DNA of 64,000 nt from positions 8,782-72,781 of the forward strand of contig QHTD01000155.1 in NCBI GenBank assembly GCA_003220675.1. Reading direction: 5' to 3'. Each line of letters starts with the position of its first letter. Position 1 is the first letter of the stretch. The position numbers and the translations under genes are program-made. The stretch is from Candidatus Rokuibacteriota bacterium. Its GTDB lineage: Bacteria; Methylomirabilota; Methylomirabilia; Rokubacteriales; CSP1-6. Below the pieces are notes generated by a model. The model saw only the letters and a list, made by a program, of their open reading frames with translations. It searched no databases and had not been told where the DNA came from. Below, one piece after another: positions 43,064 through 50,859 of the stretch.

Positions 43064-45019
43064 TTAGTTGCCGTTCGAGCGCCGCCGCTTGTTGCGCACG
43101 TAGTCGACCAGCACGTACTCGCCGAGGCGCTCGGGCGCGGCGAAGAATGCGCGCCCACGGTTGATGCGCGCCATCTCCTGGACGAAGGCGGTGAGCGACG
43201 GGCTCCGGGCGAGCATGAAGGTGTTGATCGTGATCCCCTCGCGAGTGCAGCGCTGGACCTCCTTGAGGGTCTCCTGGAGCGTCCGGCGCGTGGGCGGATA
43301 GGAGAACTCGGCCTCGGTCCCTTCCAGGTGCGCCGTCGGCTCGCCGTCGGTGATCATGATGATCTGCCGGTTGGACACCTTCTGGGACCCGAGGAGCTGG
43401 CGCGAGAGCGCGAACCCCGCGTGCATGTTGGTCCCGACGTTCCAGTCGGTCCACGTGAGGCTCGGCAGCTGTTCGGCCGTGAACTCGCGCGCGTAGAGCG
43501 AGAAGCCCACGACGTGGAGGCTGTCGCGCGGGAACTGGCCGCGGATGAGCGCGTGGAGCGCGAGCGCGACCTTCTTGGCCGGCCCGAACAGGCCGTTGTT
43601 GATCATCGAGCGGCTCATGTCGAGCATCACGACCGTGGCGGCCCGCGTCGAGAGCTCCGTGCGAAACACCTCGAAGTCGTCGGGTACCAGGCGCACCGGC
43701 GTCCCGGGCCCGCCGCGCTCGACCGCGTTCATCAGCGTCTGCTTGAGGTCGAGCAGGAACGGGTCGCCGAACTCGTAGTGCTTGGTATCGTCCGCGCGAT
43801 CGCCGCCCGCGCCGCGGTGGCTCACGACGTGGCGGCCGAAGCGGTCGCGCTTCAAGTGGGCGAAGATGTCGCGGAGCGCCTTGTCGGCGATCCGGCGGAC
43901 CGCGCGCGCGGTCAGCTCGAGCCGGTCGCCCTTGCGCTCGAGATAGCCCGCCTCCTCGAGCTTCTTCGCGATCTCGCGGAGCTTCTCGAGGTCCCGCGCG
44001 GCCTCCTCGCCCAGGAGCTTCTCGACCTGGGCACGGTCGATCGTGTCGAGGTCCTCGGGACTCTGCGCGTGGCGCATCTGGCGCTCGAGCTCGTCCATCT
44101 GCTGGAGCTCCTCCATGAGTCGCATCGCCTCACGGAGCGTCAGCTCCTCGTCGCCGCCGAACTCGTAGCGGCGGCGCAGCTCGTCGAGCGGCAGGAGGTC
44201 CTCGAGGTGCCCGGCGAGCTGGGCCAGCGCGGCTTCGAGGCGCTCGTCTTGCATGAAGAGCGTGCTCATCAGCTCCTGAAGCTCTCGTCGCTGGCCGGGC
44301 GACATGCTCTCGAGGAGCGACTGCATCTGCGCCATCTGCCGGCCGAGCTGCGCGAGCAGATCGTCGAGGCTCTCGGCGCCGGGGAAGAACTGACCCCACT
44401 TGTCTTTGAAAGCCTGGAAGTCGGGCTCCTCGCCCTCCGCCCGCTGGCGGAGCATCCGGTTCAGGTCCTGGAGCATCTCGCGCAGGCGCCGGAGATCCTC
44501 GGGCGTCATCCCCTGGAGCGCCTGCTGCATGCCCTTGAGGAAGGGCTGGAGCATCTGCGCGCGGAGCGCCTGCATGAGCTCGTCGAACAAGCGCTTCGCC
44601 TCAGGATCCACGAAGTCGTAGCTCTGCAGCTCGTGGATCTGGCCGGCCGGGTCCGGCGGAAGCGCGTCGAGCTCGGCGAGCTTCTGCTCGGCCGACTTGC
44701 CGGCGAGACGGTCCTTGACCCCCTCTCGCTCCTTCTGGATGATGTCGGCGAGCTTCTTCTTGATGTCCTCCAGTGCGGAGCCGAGATCGTAGCGGTCGAG
44801 CTGCTGCTGCCGCCGCTGCCGGAGCTGCTTCAAGAGATCTTGGAGCCCCGGCGTCCGCTGACCCTCCGGATGCTGGAGGCCCTGCTGGAACAGGCGCCGG
44901 AGCGCGCGCCAGGGATCGCCGTCGAGCATGAGGTCGTCGGCCATCGCGGACAGGAGATCGTCGGCGTCGAGGTCCGGGACCGCCTGCGAGCCGTCCCAGC
45001 GCGAGTAGCGGATCAACAT
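43064..45019 (-). CDS. vWA-domain protein with long helical N-terminal region (partner type of ChlI/MoxR-like ATPases)
   Basis: C-terminal vWA: VVMLDMSRSM (MIDAS DxSxS), GTNMHAGF, IIMITDGEPTA. The N-terminal ~400 aa is Glu/Leu/Gln/Arg-rich and helical. Confidence 0.8.
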   Translation of the reverse strand: MLIRYSRWDGSQAVPDLDADDLLSAMADDLMLDGDPWRALRRLFQQGLQHPEGQRTPGLQDLLKQLRQRRQQQLDRYDLGSALEDIKKKLADIIQKEREGVKDRLAGKSAEQKLAELDALPPDPAGQIHELQSYDFVDPEAKRLFDELMQALRAQMLQPFLKGMQQALQGMTPEDLRRLREMLQDLNRMLRQRAEGEEPDFQAFKDKWGQFFPGAESLDDLLAQLGRQMAQMQSLLESMSPGQRRELQELMSTLFMQDERLEAALAQLAGHLEDLLPLDELRRRYEFGGDEELTLREAMRLMEELQQMDELERQMRHAQSPEDLDTIDRAQVEKLLGEEAARDLEKLREIAKKLEEAGYLERKGDRLELTARAVRRIADKALRDIFAHLKRDRFGRHVVSHRGAGGDRADDTKHYEFGDPFLLDLKQTLMNAVERGGPGTPVRLVPDDFEVFRTELSTRAATVVMLDMSRSMINNGLFGPAKKVALALHALIRGQFPRDSLHVVGFSLYAREFTAEQLPSLTWTDWNVGTNMHAGFALSRQLLGSQKVSNRQIIMITDGEPTAHLEGTEAEFSYPPTRRTLQETLKEVQRCTREGITINTFMLARSPSLTAFVQEMARINRGRAFFAAPERLGEYVLVDYVRNKRRRSNGN

Positions 45020-45029
45020 GGCTGTGTCG

Positions 45030-45051
45030 ATTATAGAGCCTGTCGTATTCT
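45030..45051. promoter_or_regulatory. back-to-back -10 hexamers in a 38-bp divergent intergenic region
   Basis: The minus strand has TATAAT (reverse complement of 45030-45035) 10 nt from ATG 45019. The plus strand has TATTCT (45046-45051) 6 nt from ATG 45058. There is no SD on either side. Confidence 0.45.
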
Positions 45052-45057
45052 ACGTTC

Positions 45058-46269
45058 ATGACAACTACCCCGACCGCCCGCTTCGAGCACCTCCTGTCGA
45101 GCCGTGCCCTGATCGGATGGGGCGCCCCGGTCGCGACCGCCCGTCCCGTCGCCAGTCCGCTCTACGAGTTCGGCGGCGGCTATCCGGACCCGGCCTCGTT
45201 CCCCTACGACGACATGGTCGAGGCCACGGCACGGATGATGAAGGCCGAGGGGGCGCAGGCCCTCACGTACGGCGACCCCCAGGGTTATCGCGGGCTCCGC
45301 GAGCTCGTCTGCCACAAGTACCGGGTGTTCGAGGGCCTCGAGGTGACGCCGGAGAACATCTTCGTCGCGAACGGCTCGGGCCACGCCCTCTCGCTCGCGT
45401 TCAGCGCGTTCGTGGACCCGGGCGACCCGATCATCTGCGAGGCGCCCACGTTCTCCGGGTCGCTCAACAACATCCGGCGGCATGGCCCGGAGATCCTGGA
45501 CGCGCCTGTGGACGCCGACGGCATGGTCACGCGCGTGGTGCGCGAGCGGCTCGAAGGGCTCAAGCGGCAGGGCCGTCGGTGCAAGCTGATTTACACGATC
45601 GTGAACTTTCAGAACCCGGCGGGCCCCGATCTGTCCCTCCGCCGCCGCCAGGAGCTGGTCCAGCTGGCCGAGGAACACGACACCTTCATCCTCGAAGACG
45701 ACGCGTACGGCGAGCTCAGGTTCGAAGGCGAGCCGAAGCCGCCGGTCTACGCGCTGGACCGCGGCGGGCGCGTGATCCGGGCCGGCACGCTCTCGAAGAT
45801 CCTCGGCGCGGGCGTGCGGCTCGGCTGGCTCTGCGCGCCGCGCGCGATGCTCCCGGCCTTCCAGGGCTTCAACTTCGGCGGCGGCGTGAACCCCTTCATG
45901 TCGCGCGTGGCGACCTGGTATCTGCGCGACCACATGGAAGAGCACGTGAAGCTCTTGATCGACGTCTATCGCGCCAAGCGCGACGCCATGCTCCGGGGGC
46001 TCTGGGAGGTGCTCGAGTCCACCGACGTCGAGATCAGCCGCCCCGCGGGCGGGTTCTTCATCTGGATCAGGCTCCCGGCCGGGACCGACTCTGCGCGGCT
46101 CGAGGAGTTGGCGGTGGCGGCGCGGGCTCAGTACACGCCGGGGCCCGCGTTCTTCCCCAACGGCGGCGGCGAGCGCTTCATCCGCCTGGCCTTCAGCTAC
46201 GAGCCACCGGAGAAGTGCTACGAGGGCGCTCGGCTCATCGCGCGCGCGATCCTCGACGCGCGGCGGTAA
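45058..46269 (+). CDS. PLP-dependent aminotransferase, class I/II fold (2-aminoadipate/aromatic aminotransferase-like)
   Basis: YGDPQGYRGLRE, NFQNPAG, ILEDDAYGELRF, GTLSKILGAGVRLGW (PLP-Lys). Confidence 0.85.
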   Translation: MTTTPTARFEHLLSSRALIGWGAPVATARPVASPLYEFGGGYPDPASFPYDDMVEATARMMKAEGAQALTYGDPQGYRGLRELVCHKYRVFEGLEVTPENIFVANGSGHALSLAFSAFVDPGDPIICEAPTFSGSLNNIRRHGPEILDAPVDADGMVTRVVRERLEGLKRQGRRCKLIYTIVNFQNPAGPDLSLRRRQELVQLAEEHDTFILEDDAYGELRFEGEPKPPVYALDRGGRVIRAGTLSKILGAGVRLGWLCAPRAMLPAFQGFNFGGGVNPFMSRVATWYLRDHMEEHVKLLIDVYRAKRDAMLRGLWEVLESTDVEISRPAGGFFIWIRLPAGTDSARLEELAVAARAQYTPGPAFFPNGGGERFIRLAFSYEPPEKCYEGARLIARAILDARR

Positions 46270-46466
46270 CGCGCGCTCCGCGCCGCGCTCTTCAAACAGA
46301 ACGACTTCGCTGCCCTTCAGTCGGAAGCCGATCCGCATCTTGTTGCGGACCGCGGCCGGTACACGCGACTCGTCCCTATGACTGCAGCCTGTCCAACTCT
46401 GGCAACAGCCGACGGCCTTCGGCCGCGGCTGCTATCAGGGTTATGCGGTGCAGCCAGCGATAGGGT

Positions 46467-46495
46467 TTGACGACATGTCGGATCTGACATAGAGT
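46467..46495 (+). promoter_or_regulatory. candidate promoter TTGACG-N17-TAGAGT at the higB start, with ATGTC/GACAT inverted repeat in the spacer
   Basis: TTGACG 46467-46472 and TAGAGT 46490-46495, the same hexamers as the MFS promoter. The ORF-track GTG 46497 is only 1 nt past the -10, so GTG 46503 may be the leaderless start. Confidence 0.5.
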
Positions 46496-46496
46496 A

Positions 46497-46835
46497 GTGC
46501 CAGTGAGCCCGAGCGACAAGCCGCTCGTCTGGCTTCACGGAGAGATCAAGACGCCGCCCTTCTCCAAGGCGGCCAGGATCGAGGCCGGTTATCTGCTCCG
46601 TCTGTTACAGAAGCGGCAGGCGGTTGGCATGCCTCAGTCGAGACCAATGCCCGTGGTAGGGCCGCGCTGTCACGAGCTGCGAGTCCGTGACGCAGCCGTT
46701 GACTGGAGGATCGTGTACAGGCTCGACGCCGACGCCGTGGTTATCTTGGAAGTCTTCAGCAAGAAGACCCGGGCGACGCCGAAGGCCGTCATTGCTGCGT
46801 GCACCCGCAGGCTGAGGGAGTACGACCGTGCGTGA
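46497..46835 (+). CDS. higB: HigB-like (RelE/ParE superfamily, Gp49-type) toxin
   Basis: KPLVWLHGEIKTPPFS, HELRVRD, WRIVYRLDADAVVILEVFSKKT. Toxin-first order with a downstream HTH antitoxin. Confidence 0.75.
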   Translation: MPVSPSDKPLVWLHGEIKTPPFSKAARIEAGYLLRLLQKRQAVGMPQSRPMPVVGPRCHELRVRDAAVDWRIVYRLDADAVVILEVFSKKTRATPKAVIAACTRRLREYDRA

Positions 46836-47160
46836 AGAAAAGCGACGACGGCTAGAGGCAAGGGGCTGGAGGATCGGAACCACCCAGGAGTTTCTGCGCC
46901 TGAGCGAAGGGGAGGCCGCGTACATAGACCTCAAGGTGCGACTGGCCACCGGCCTGCGTGAACGGCGGCGGCGGCGGAGCCTCACGCAGGCGGACCTCGC
47001 TAAACGTCTCCAATCGAGCCAATCGCGAATCGCTAAGATGGAGGCCGGCGATCCCTCGGTGTCGTTGGACCTCCTGATCAGGTCGCTGCTGATCCTTGGC
47101 ACCTCGCGCCGGGAATTGTCACGGATCATTTCGGCTCGCTCGCCCGTCCCTGCCGCATAA
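46828..47160 (+). CDS. higA: HigA-like XRE-family HTH antitoxin
   Basis: Overlaps the higB 3' end by 8 nt. SLTQADLAKRLQSSQSRIAKMEAGDPSVSLDLLIRSL. Confidence 0.8.
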   Translation: MREEKRRRLEARGWRIGTTQEFLRLSEGEAAYIDLKVRLATGLRERRRRRSLTQADLAKRLQSSQSRIAKMEAGDPSVSLDLLIRSLLILGTSRRELSRIISARSPVPAA

Positions 47161-47224
47161 CGCACCGCCGAAGCGCGAAGTTGGGCAGCGTGCTTGCACC
47201 CCCTCCCAGCCACCGCGTGCCGTG

Positions 47225-48652
47225 TTACGCAGACCGGTCATATCCGATATCCGCGACGTCGCTTTGGCCGTCTCGACAGAAGCGGCCGGCCTGGACGTCC
47301 TTGTTGAGCTTGCGTGAGAGGTGGAGGCCTTCGAGGATGAACTCGAGCGCCGAGGCCGTGCTCGCGGGCCCCCCCGCGCCGAGCTTCTTCACCGCGGCCT
47401 GGAGCGGGCTCACCCGGCCGATCTGGTTCACGTACTCGGCGGACGCCATGGTGTCGGACACTGTGATCGCGAGCCCGCCATGAAAGGCGGCCACCACCTC
47501 GTCGAGCTCACTCGCGCGGAAGCACCGGCCGAACACGTTGAGCACGGCGCGCTGGACGAGCTTGCCGAGCACCTTGTCCTCGCCGCCGTCGCCGAGCGTC
47601 TCGAGCTCGATCTTGCCGCTCGTCGAGGCGACGACGGCCCCGAGGTCGCTCACGCGGGGCGCCGCCTCGTGCTCGCCAAGACGGATCGCGCGCTTGAGCG
47701 CGCTCGACACGAGGTTCTCGTAGTTGCAGATGGTGACGCGCACCGACACGCCCGAGCGCTGGCTGATCTCCGGCGTCTTCCGGGCCAGGTGGGTCAGCTC
47801 GGCGACGATCTCCTTCATGTAGCTCGGCGTGACAGTCTGAAAGCCGTCGGCCGAAAAGCTCGTCCGCTCCGCCTCCATGATCGCGATCTCGTCCTCGAGC
47901 CGCTTCGGGTAGTGCGTGCGGATCTGTGAGCCGAACCGGTCCTTGAGCGGGGTGATGATCCGCCCGCGGTTGGTGTAGTCCTCGGGGTTCGCGCTCGCGA
48001 CCACGTAGAGGTCCAGCGGCAGGCGCACCTTGTAGCCGCGGATCTGGACGTCGCGCTCCTCCATGATGTTGAGGAGCCCCACCTGGATCCGCTCGGCGAG
48101 GTCGGGCAACTCGTTGAGCGCGAAGATGCCGCGATTGGTCCGCGGCAGGAGCCCGTAGTGGATCGTCAGCTCGTCGGCGAGATACCGGCCCTCGGCGACC
48201 TTGATCGGGTCCACTTCGCCGATGAGGTCGGCGATCGTGATGTCGGGCGTGGCGAGCTTCTCGCCGTAGCGGCGGTCGCGCGGGATCCAGACGGTCTCGG
48301 CCGCGTCGCCCCGCTCGGTGATCCGCGCGCGGCAGGCGCCGCAGATCGGCGCGAACGGGTCGTCGTTGATCTCGCAGCCGGCGAGCGCCGGCACCGCCTC
48401 GTCGAGCAGATTCACCAGGAGGCGCGCCATGCGCGTCTTGGCCTGGCCGCGCTCGCCGAGGAAGACGATGTCCTGGCCGGAGAGGATCGCGTTCTCGATC
48501 TGGGGCACGACGCTCTCGTCGTAGCCCACGATCCCGGGAAAGAGCGGCTCCCCGCGCTGCAGGCGCGCGATCAGGTTGTCGCGCAGCTCCTGCTTGACCG
48601 ACTTCACCTGCCAGCCGCTGGCCCGGAGCTCGCCGACCGTGCGCGCCCTCAT
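47225..48652 (-). CDS. AAA+ ATPase of the Mg-chelatase (ChlI)/MoxR-like group
   Basis: ATG 48652 overlaps the esterase stop (ATGA). IVFLGERGQAKT (Walker A-like), GIFALNELPDL (Walker B-like), NIMEERDVQIRGY, VVASANPEDY. Confidence 0.8.
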   Translation of the reverse strand: MRARTVGELRASGWQVKSVKQELRDNLIARLQRGEPLFPGIVGYDESVVPQIENAILSGQDIVFLGERGQAKTRMARLLVNLLDEAVPALAGCEINDDPFAPICGACRARITERGDAAETVWIPRDRRYGEKLATPDITIADLIGEVDPIKVAEGRYLADELTIHYGLLPRTNRGIFALNELPDLAERIQVGLLNIMEERDVQIRGYKVRLPLDLYVVASANPEDYTNRGRIITPLKDRFGSQIRTHYPKRLEDEIAIMEAERTSFSADGFQTVTPSYMKEIVAELTHLARKTPEISQRSGVSVRVTICNYENLVSSALKRAIRLGEHEAAPRVSDLGAVVASTSGKIELETLGDGGEDKVLGKLVQRAVLNVFGRCFRASELDEVVAAFHGGLAITVSDTMASAEYVNQIGRVSPLQAAVKKLGAGGPASTASALEFILEGLHLSRKLNKDVQAGRFCRDGQSDVADIGYDRSA

Positions 48653-49365
48653 CTCGTCTCGCCTTTCTCGCCCAGGACCCCGCGCAGCCACGCGGAGAGG
48701 TCGCGGATCTCGTCGCCGCACACCGAGTGCCCCATCGGGTACTCGTGCCACGTCACACGATAGCCTAGCTCGGTGAGCTTGTCGCGGGATCGTCGCGCGC
48801 GGGCCAGCGGGATCAGCGGGTCGTGGGTCCCGTGGGCCATGAAGACGGGCGCGTCACGGTTGGCCGGGCTCGCCTCGGCCGCGAGCGTGTCGGCGAGCGG
48901 CAGATAGCCCGACAGCGCCACGATCCCGGCGAGCCGCTCGGCGTGGCGGAGCCCTGTGTGGAGCGCCATCGCGCCCCCCTGGGAGAACCCGGCCAGCACG
49001 ATCCGGGCCGCGGGGAACCCGCGCGCCGTCTCGCGCGCGATCAGCGCCTCGACCCGCGCCTGCGACGCCCGGATCCCGGCGGCGTCCTCGCGGCCGTCGC
49101 CGACGACGTCGTACCAGGCGCGCATCACGGACCCCCGGTTGATCGTCACGGGCCGCATCGGCGCGTGGGGGAACACGAACCGGAGCGCGAGCGTGGGCGG
49201 CAGATCGAGCTCGGAGACGATCGGCTCGAAGTCGTGGCCGTCGGCACCGAGCCCGTGCATCCAGATCACCGACGCGGCCGGGCGCGGGCCGGTCTCGATC
49301 TCGACCCCGTCGAGCAGGTCAGGCGTGCTCAGCTCGGCCCGCCCTCCCGCTGGACGAGGGGACAT
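48649..49365 (-). CDS. phospholipase/carboxylesterase family alpha/beta hydrolase
   Basis: VIWMHGLGADGHDF, LAGFSQGGAMAL (GxSxG), MAHGTHDPLIP, PMGHSV. Confidence 0.8.
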   Translation of the reverse strand: MSPRPAGGRAELSTPDLLDGVEIETGPRPAASVIWMHGLGADGHDFEPIVSELDLPPTLALRFVFPHAPMRPVTINRGSVMRAWYDVVGDGREDAAGIRASQARVEALIARETARGFPAARIVLAGFSQGGAMALHTGLRHAERLAGIVALSGYLPLADTLAAEASPANRDAPVFMAHGTHDPLIPLARARRSRDKLTELGYRVTWHEYPMGHSVCGDEIRDLSAWLRGVLGEKGETR

Positions 49366-50821
49366 GGACGTAGAGCTGCGCAGGCCGCGGCCGCGCGCTC
49401 CCCGGCGCCTGCGGCGGGCGCATCGCGTAGGTCACGGGCCGCTGGTGGTCGCCGTACTGGCGCTCGGCGTTGTAGACGCGACTGAACTTCCAGATGGACC
49501 GGACGAAGTTCGTCTGGCCCCGGAGGAGCAGGCCGAGCGCGAGCGACGCGGTCTGCCGGATCGCGGCCACGCCGAGGTGCTTCCGGCTCAGGATCGCCTG
49601 CGTCTTCACGAGCTCCTCGTAGAAGCGGCGGAGGGGCAGGCGCGTCGGCAGCACCGCGTGCTGGACGTCGAAGAGCCGGTAGTCGAGCGTCGTCAGCCGG
49701 CGCGACTCCGTCATCCAGGTCTCGGTCCCCGGGTACGGCGTGCCCACCGTGAGGTGGACGATCTCGGGGACGCTCATGGCCCACTCGCGCACGATCGCGA
49801 ATCGGCGCTCGTCCCAGTCGGGGTCGGCGATGATGTTGATCGCCACCGTGAGGCCGAGCTCGCGCGCGACCTCGAGGGCGCGGAGGTTCTCGTTGGGCGT
49901 GACCCGCTTCCGGTGGAGTCGGAGCCCCTCCGCGTCGAGCGCTTCCACGCCGAGGAACATGTAGTGGAGGCCGAGCCGCCTCCAGTACGCGAACACCTCG
50001 CGGTTTTTCAGGAGCACGTCGCACCGCGTCTCCAGGTAGTACGCTTTGCGGATCCCGCGGCGCTCGATCTCGCGGCCGATCGCGTAGCCGTGCTCGGCCT
50101 GGACGAAGGCCACGTCGTCCACGAGGAACACGTTGGGCTCCGTGATGCGCGCGATGTCCTCGGCCGCGGCCTCGGGCGACGCCTTGCGGTAGCTCCGGCC
50201 GTAGAAGGTCCACGCGCTGCAGAACGAGCAGTCCCACGGGCAGCCGCGCGTGAACTCGGCCGACGCGCACGGGTCGAGCACCCCGATGAAGTACTTCCGC
50301 CGGCGCCGCGTCAGCTCGCGCGCGGGCGGGAACCGGTCGAGGTCGTCGAGCAGCGGCGGCGCCGGGCCCAGGCCGTGCCGGGTCACGACGCCGGGCAACG
50401 TCTCGAGCTTCGGGTCGCCGATCGCCTCCAGGAGACGGGGCGCGCTCGCCTCGCCTTCGCCACGGACGGCGCAGTCGAGCGCGCCGCGCGCGTGGTCGAG
50501 GAGCTCGGGTCCGATGAACGAGCCGGAGTGCCCGCCCGTGAAGACGAAGCAGCGCGGGCGGCGCCGCTTGGTCTCGATCGCCAGGTCGACCACCTCGGGC
50601 ACGTTCGCCAGGTAGTTCAGCGAGAAGCCCACGGCGTCGGGCCGGAACGTCTCGAGCTCACGGAAGTACTCGCGGTGGCCGAAGATCTGCAGATCGAGCA
50701 CGCGGACGTCGTGCCGGGCGGCGCGGAGCGCCGCGGCCACGCGCTCGAGCCCGAGCGGCTCGAGGCGCAGGTAGATCTCCGAGTACAGGAGCGGGCTCGG
50801 ATGGACGAGCAGGACGCGCAT
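49319..50821 (-). CDS. B12-binding-domain (class B) radical SAM protein, possibly HpnR-like methylase
   Basis: ATG 50821 (MRVLLVHPSPLLYSEIYLRLEPLGLE...), a B12-binding N-domain. Radical SAM CPWDCSFC (CX3CX2C). The HpnR resemblance is from memory only. Confidence 0.8.
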   Translation of the reverse strand: MRVLLVHPSPLLYSEIYLRLEPLGLERVAAALRAARHDVRVLDLQIFGHREYFRELETFRPDAVGFSLNYLANVPEVVDLAIETKRRRPRCFVFTGGHSGSFIGPELLDHARGALDCAVRGEGEASAPRLLEAIGDPKLETLPGVVTRHGLGPAPPLLDDLDRFPPARELTRRRRKYFIGVLDPCASAEFTRGCPWDCSFCSAWTFYGRSYRKASPEAAAEDIARITEPNVFLVDDVAFVQAEHGYAIGREIERRGIRKAYYLETRCDVLLKNREVFAYWRRLGLHYMFLGVEALDAEGLRLHRKRVTPNENLRALEVARELGLTVAINIIADPDWDERRFAIVREWAMSVPEIVHLTVGTPYPGTETWMTESRRLTTLDYRLFDVQHAVLPTRLPLRRFYEELVKTQAILSRKHLGVAAIRQTASLALGLLLRGQTNFVRSIWKFSRVYNAERQYGDHQRPVTYAMRPPQAPGSARPRPAQLYVHVPSSSGRAGRAEHA

Positions 50822-50859
50822 CGACGTCTCCCCCGGTAGCGCCATTGTACCGCCGGGCG

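Noticed and set aside
46290-46340. Minus-strand peptide RIGFRLKGSEVVLFEE resembling the C-terminal strand of RelE/ParE toxins, as a possible TA remnant beside higBA.
   Set aside because: The match is too short and degenerate, and stops lie just upstream in the frame. It cannot be supported without a search.
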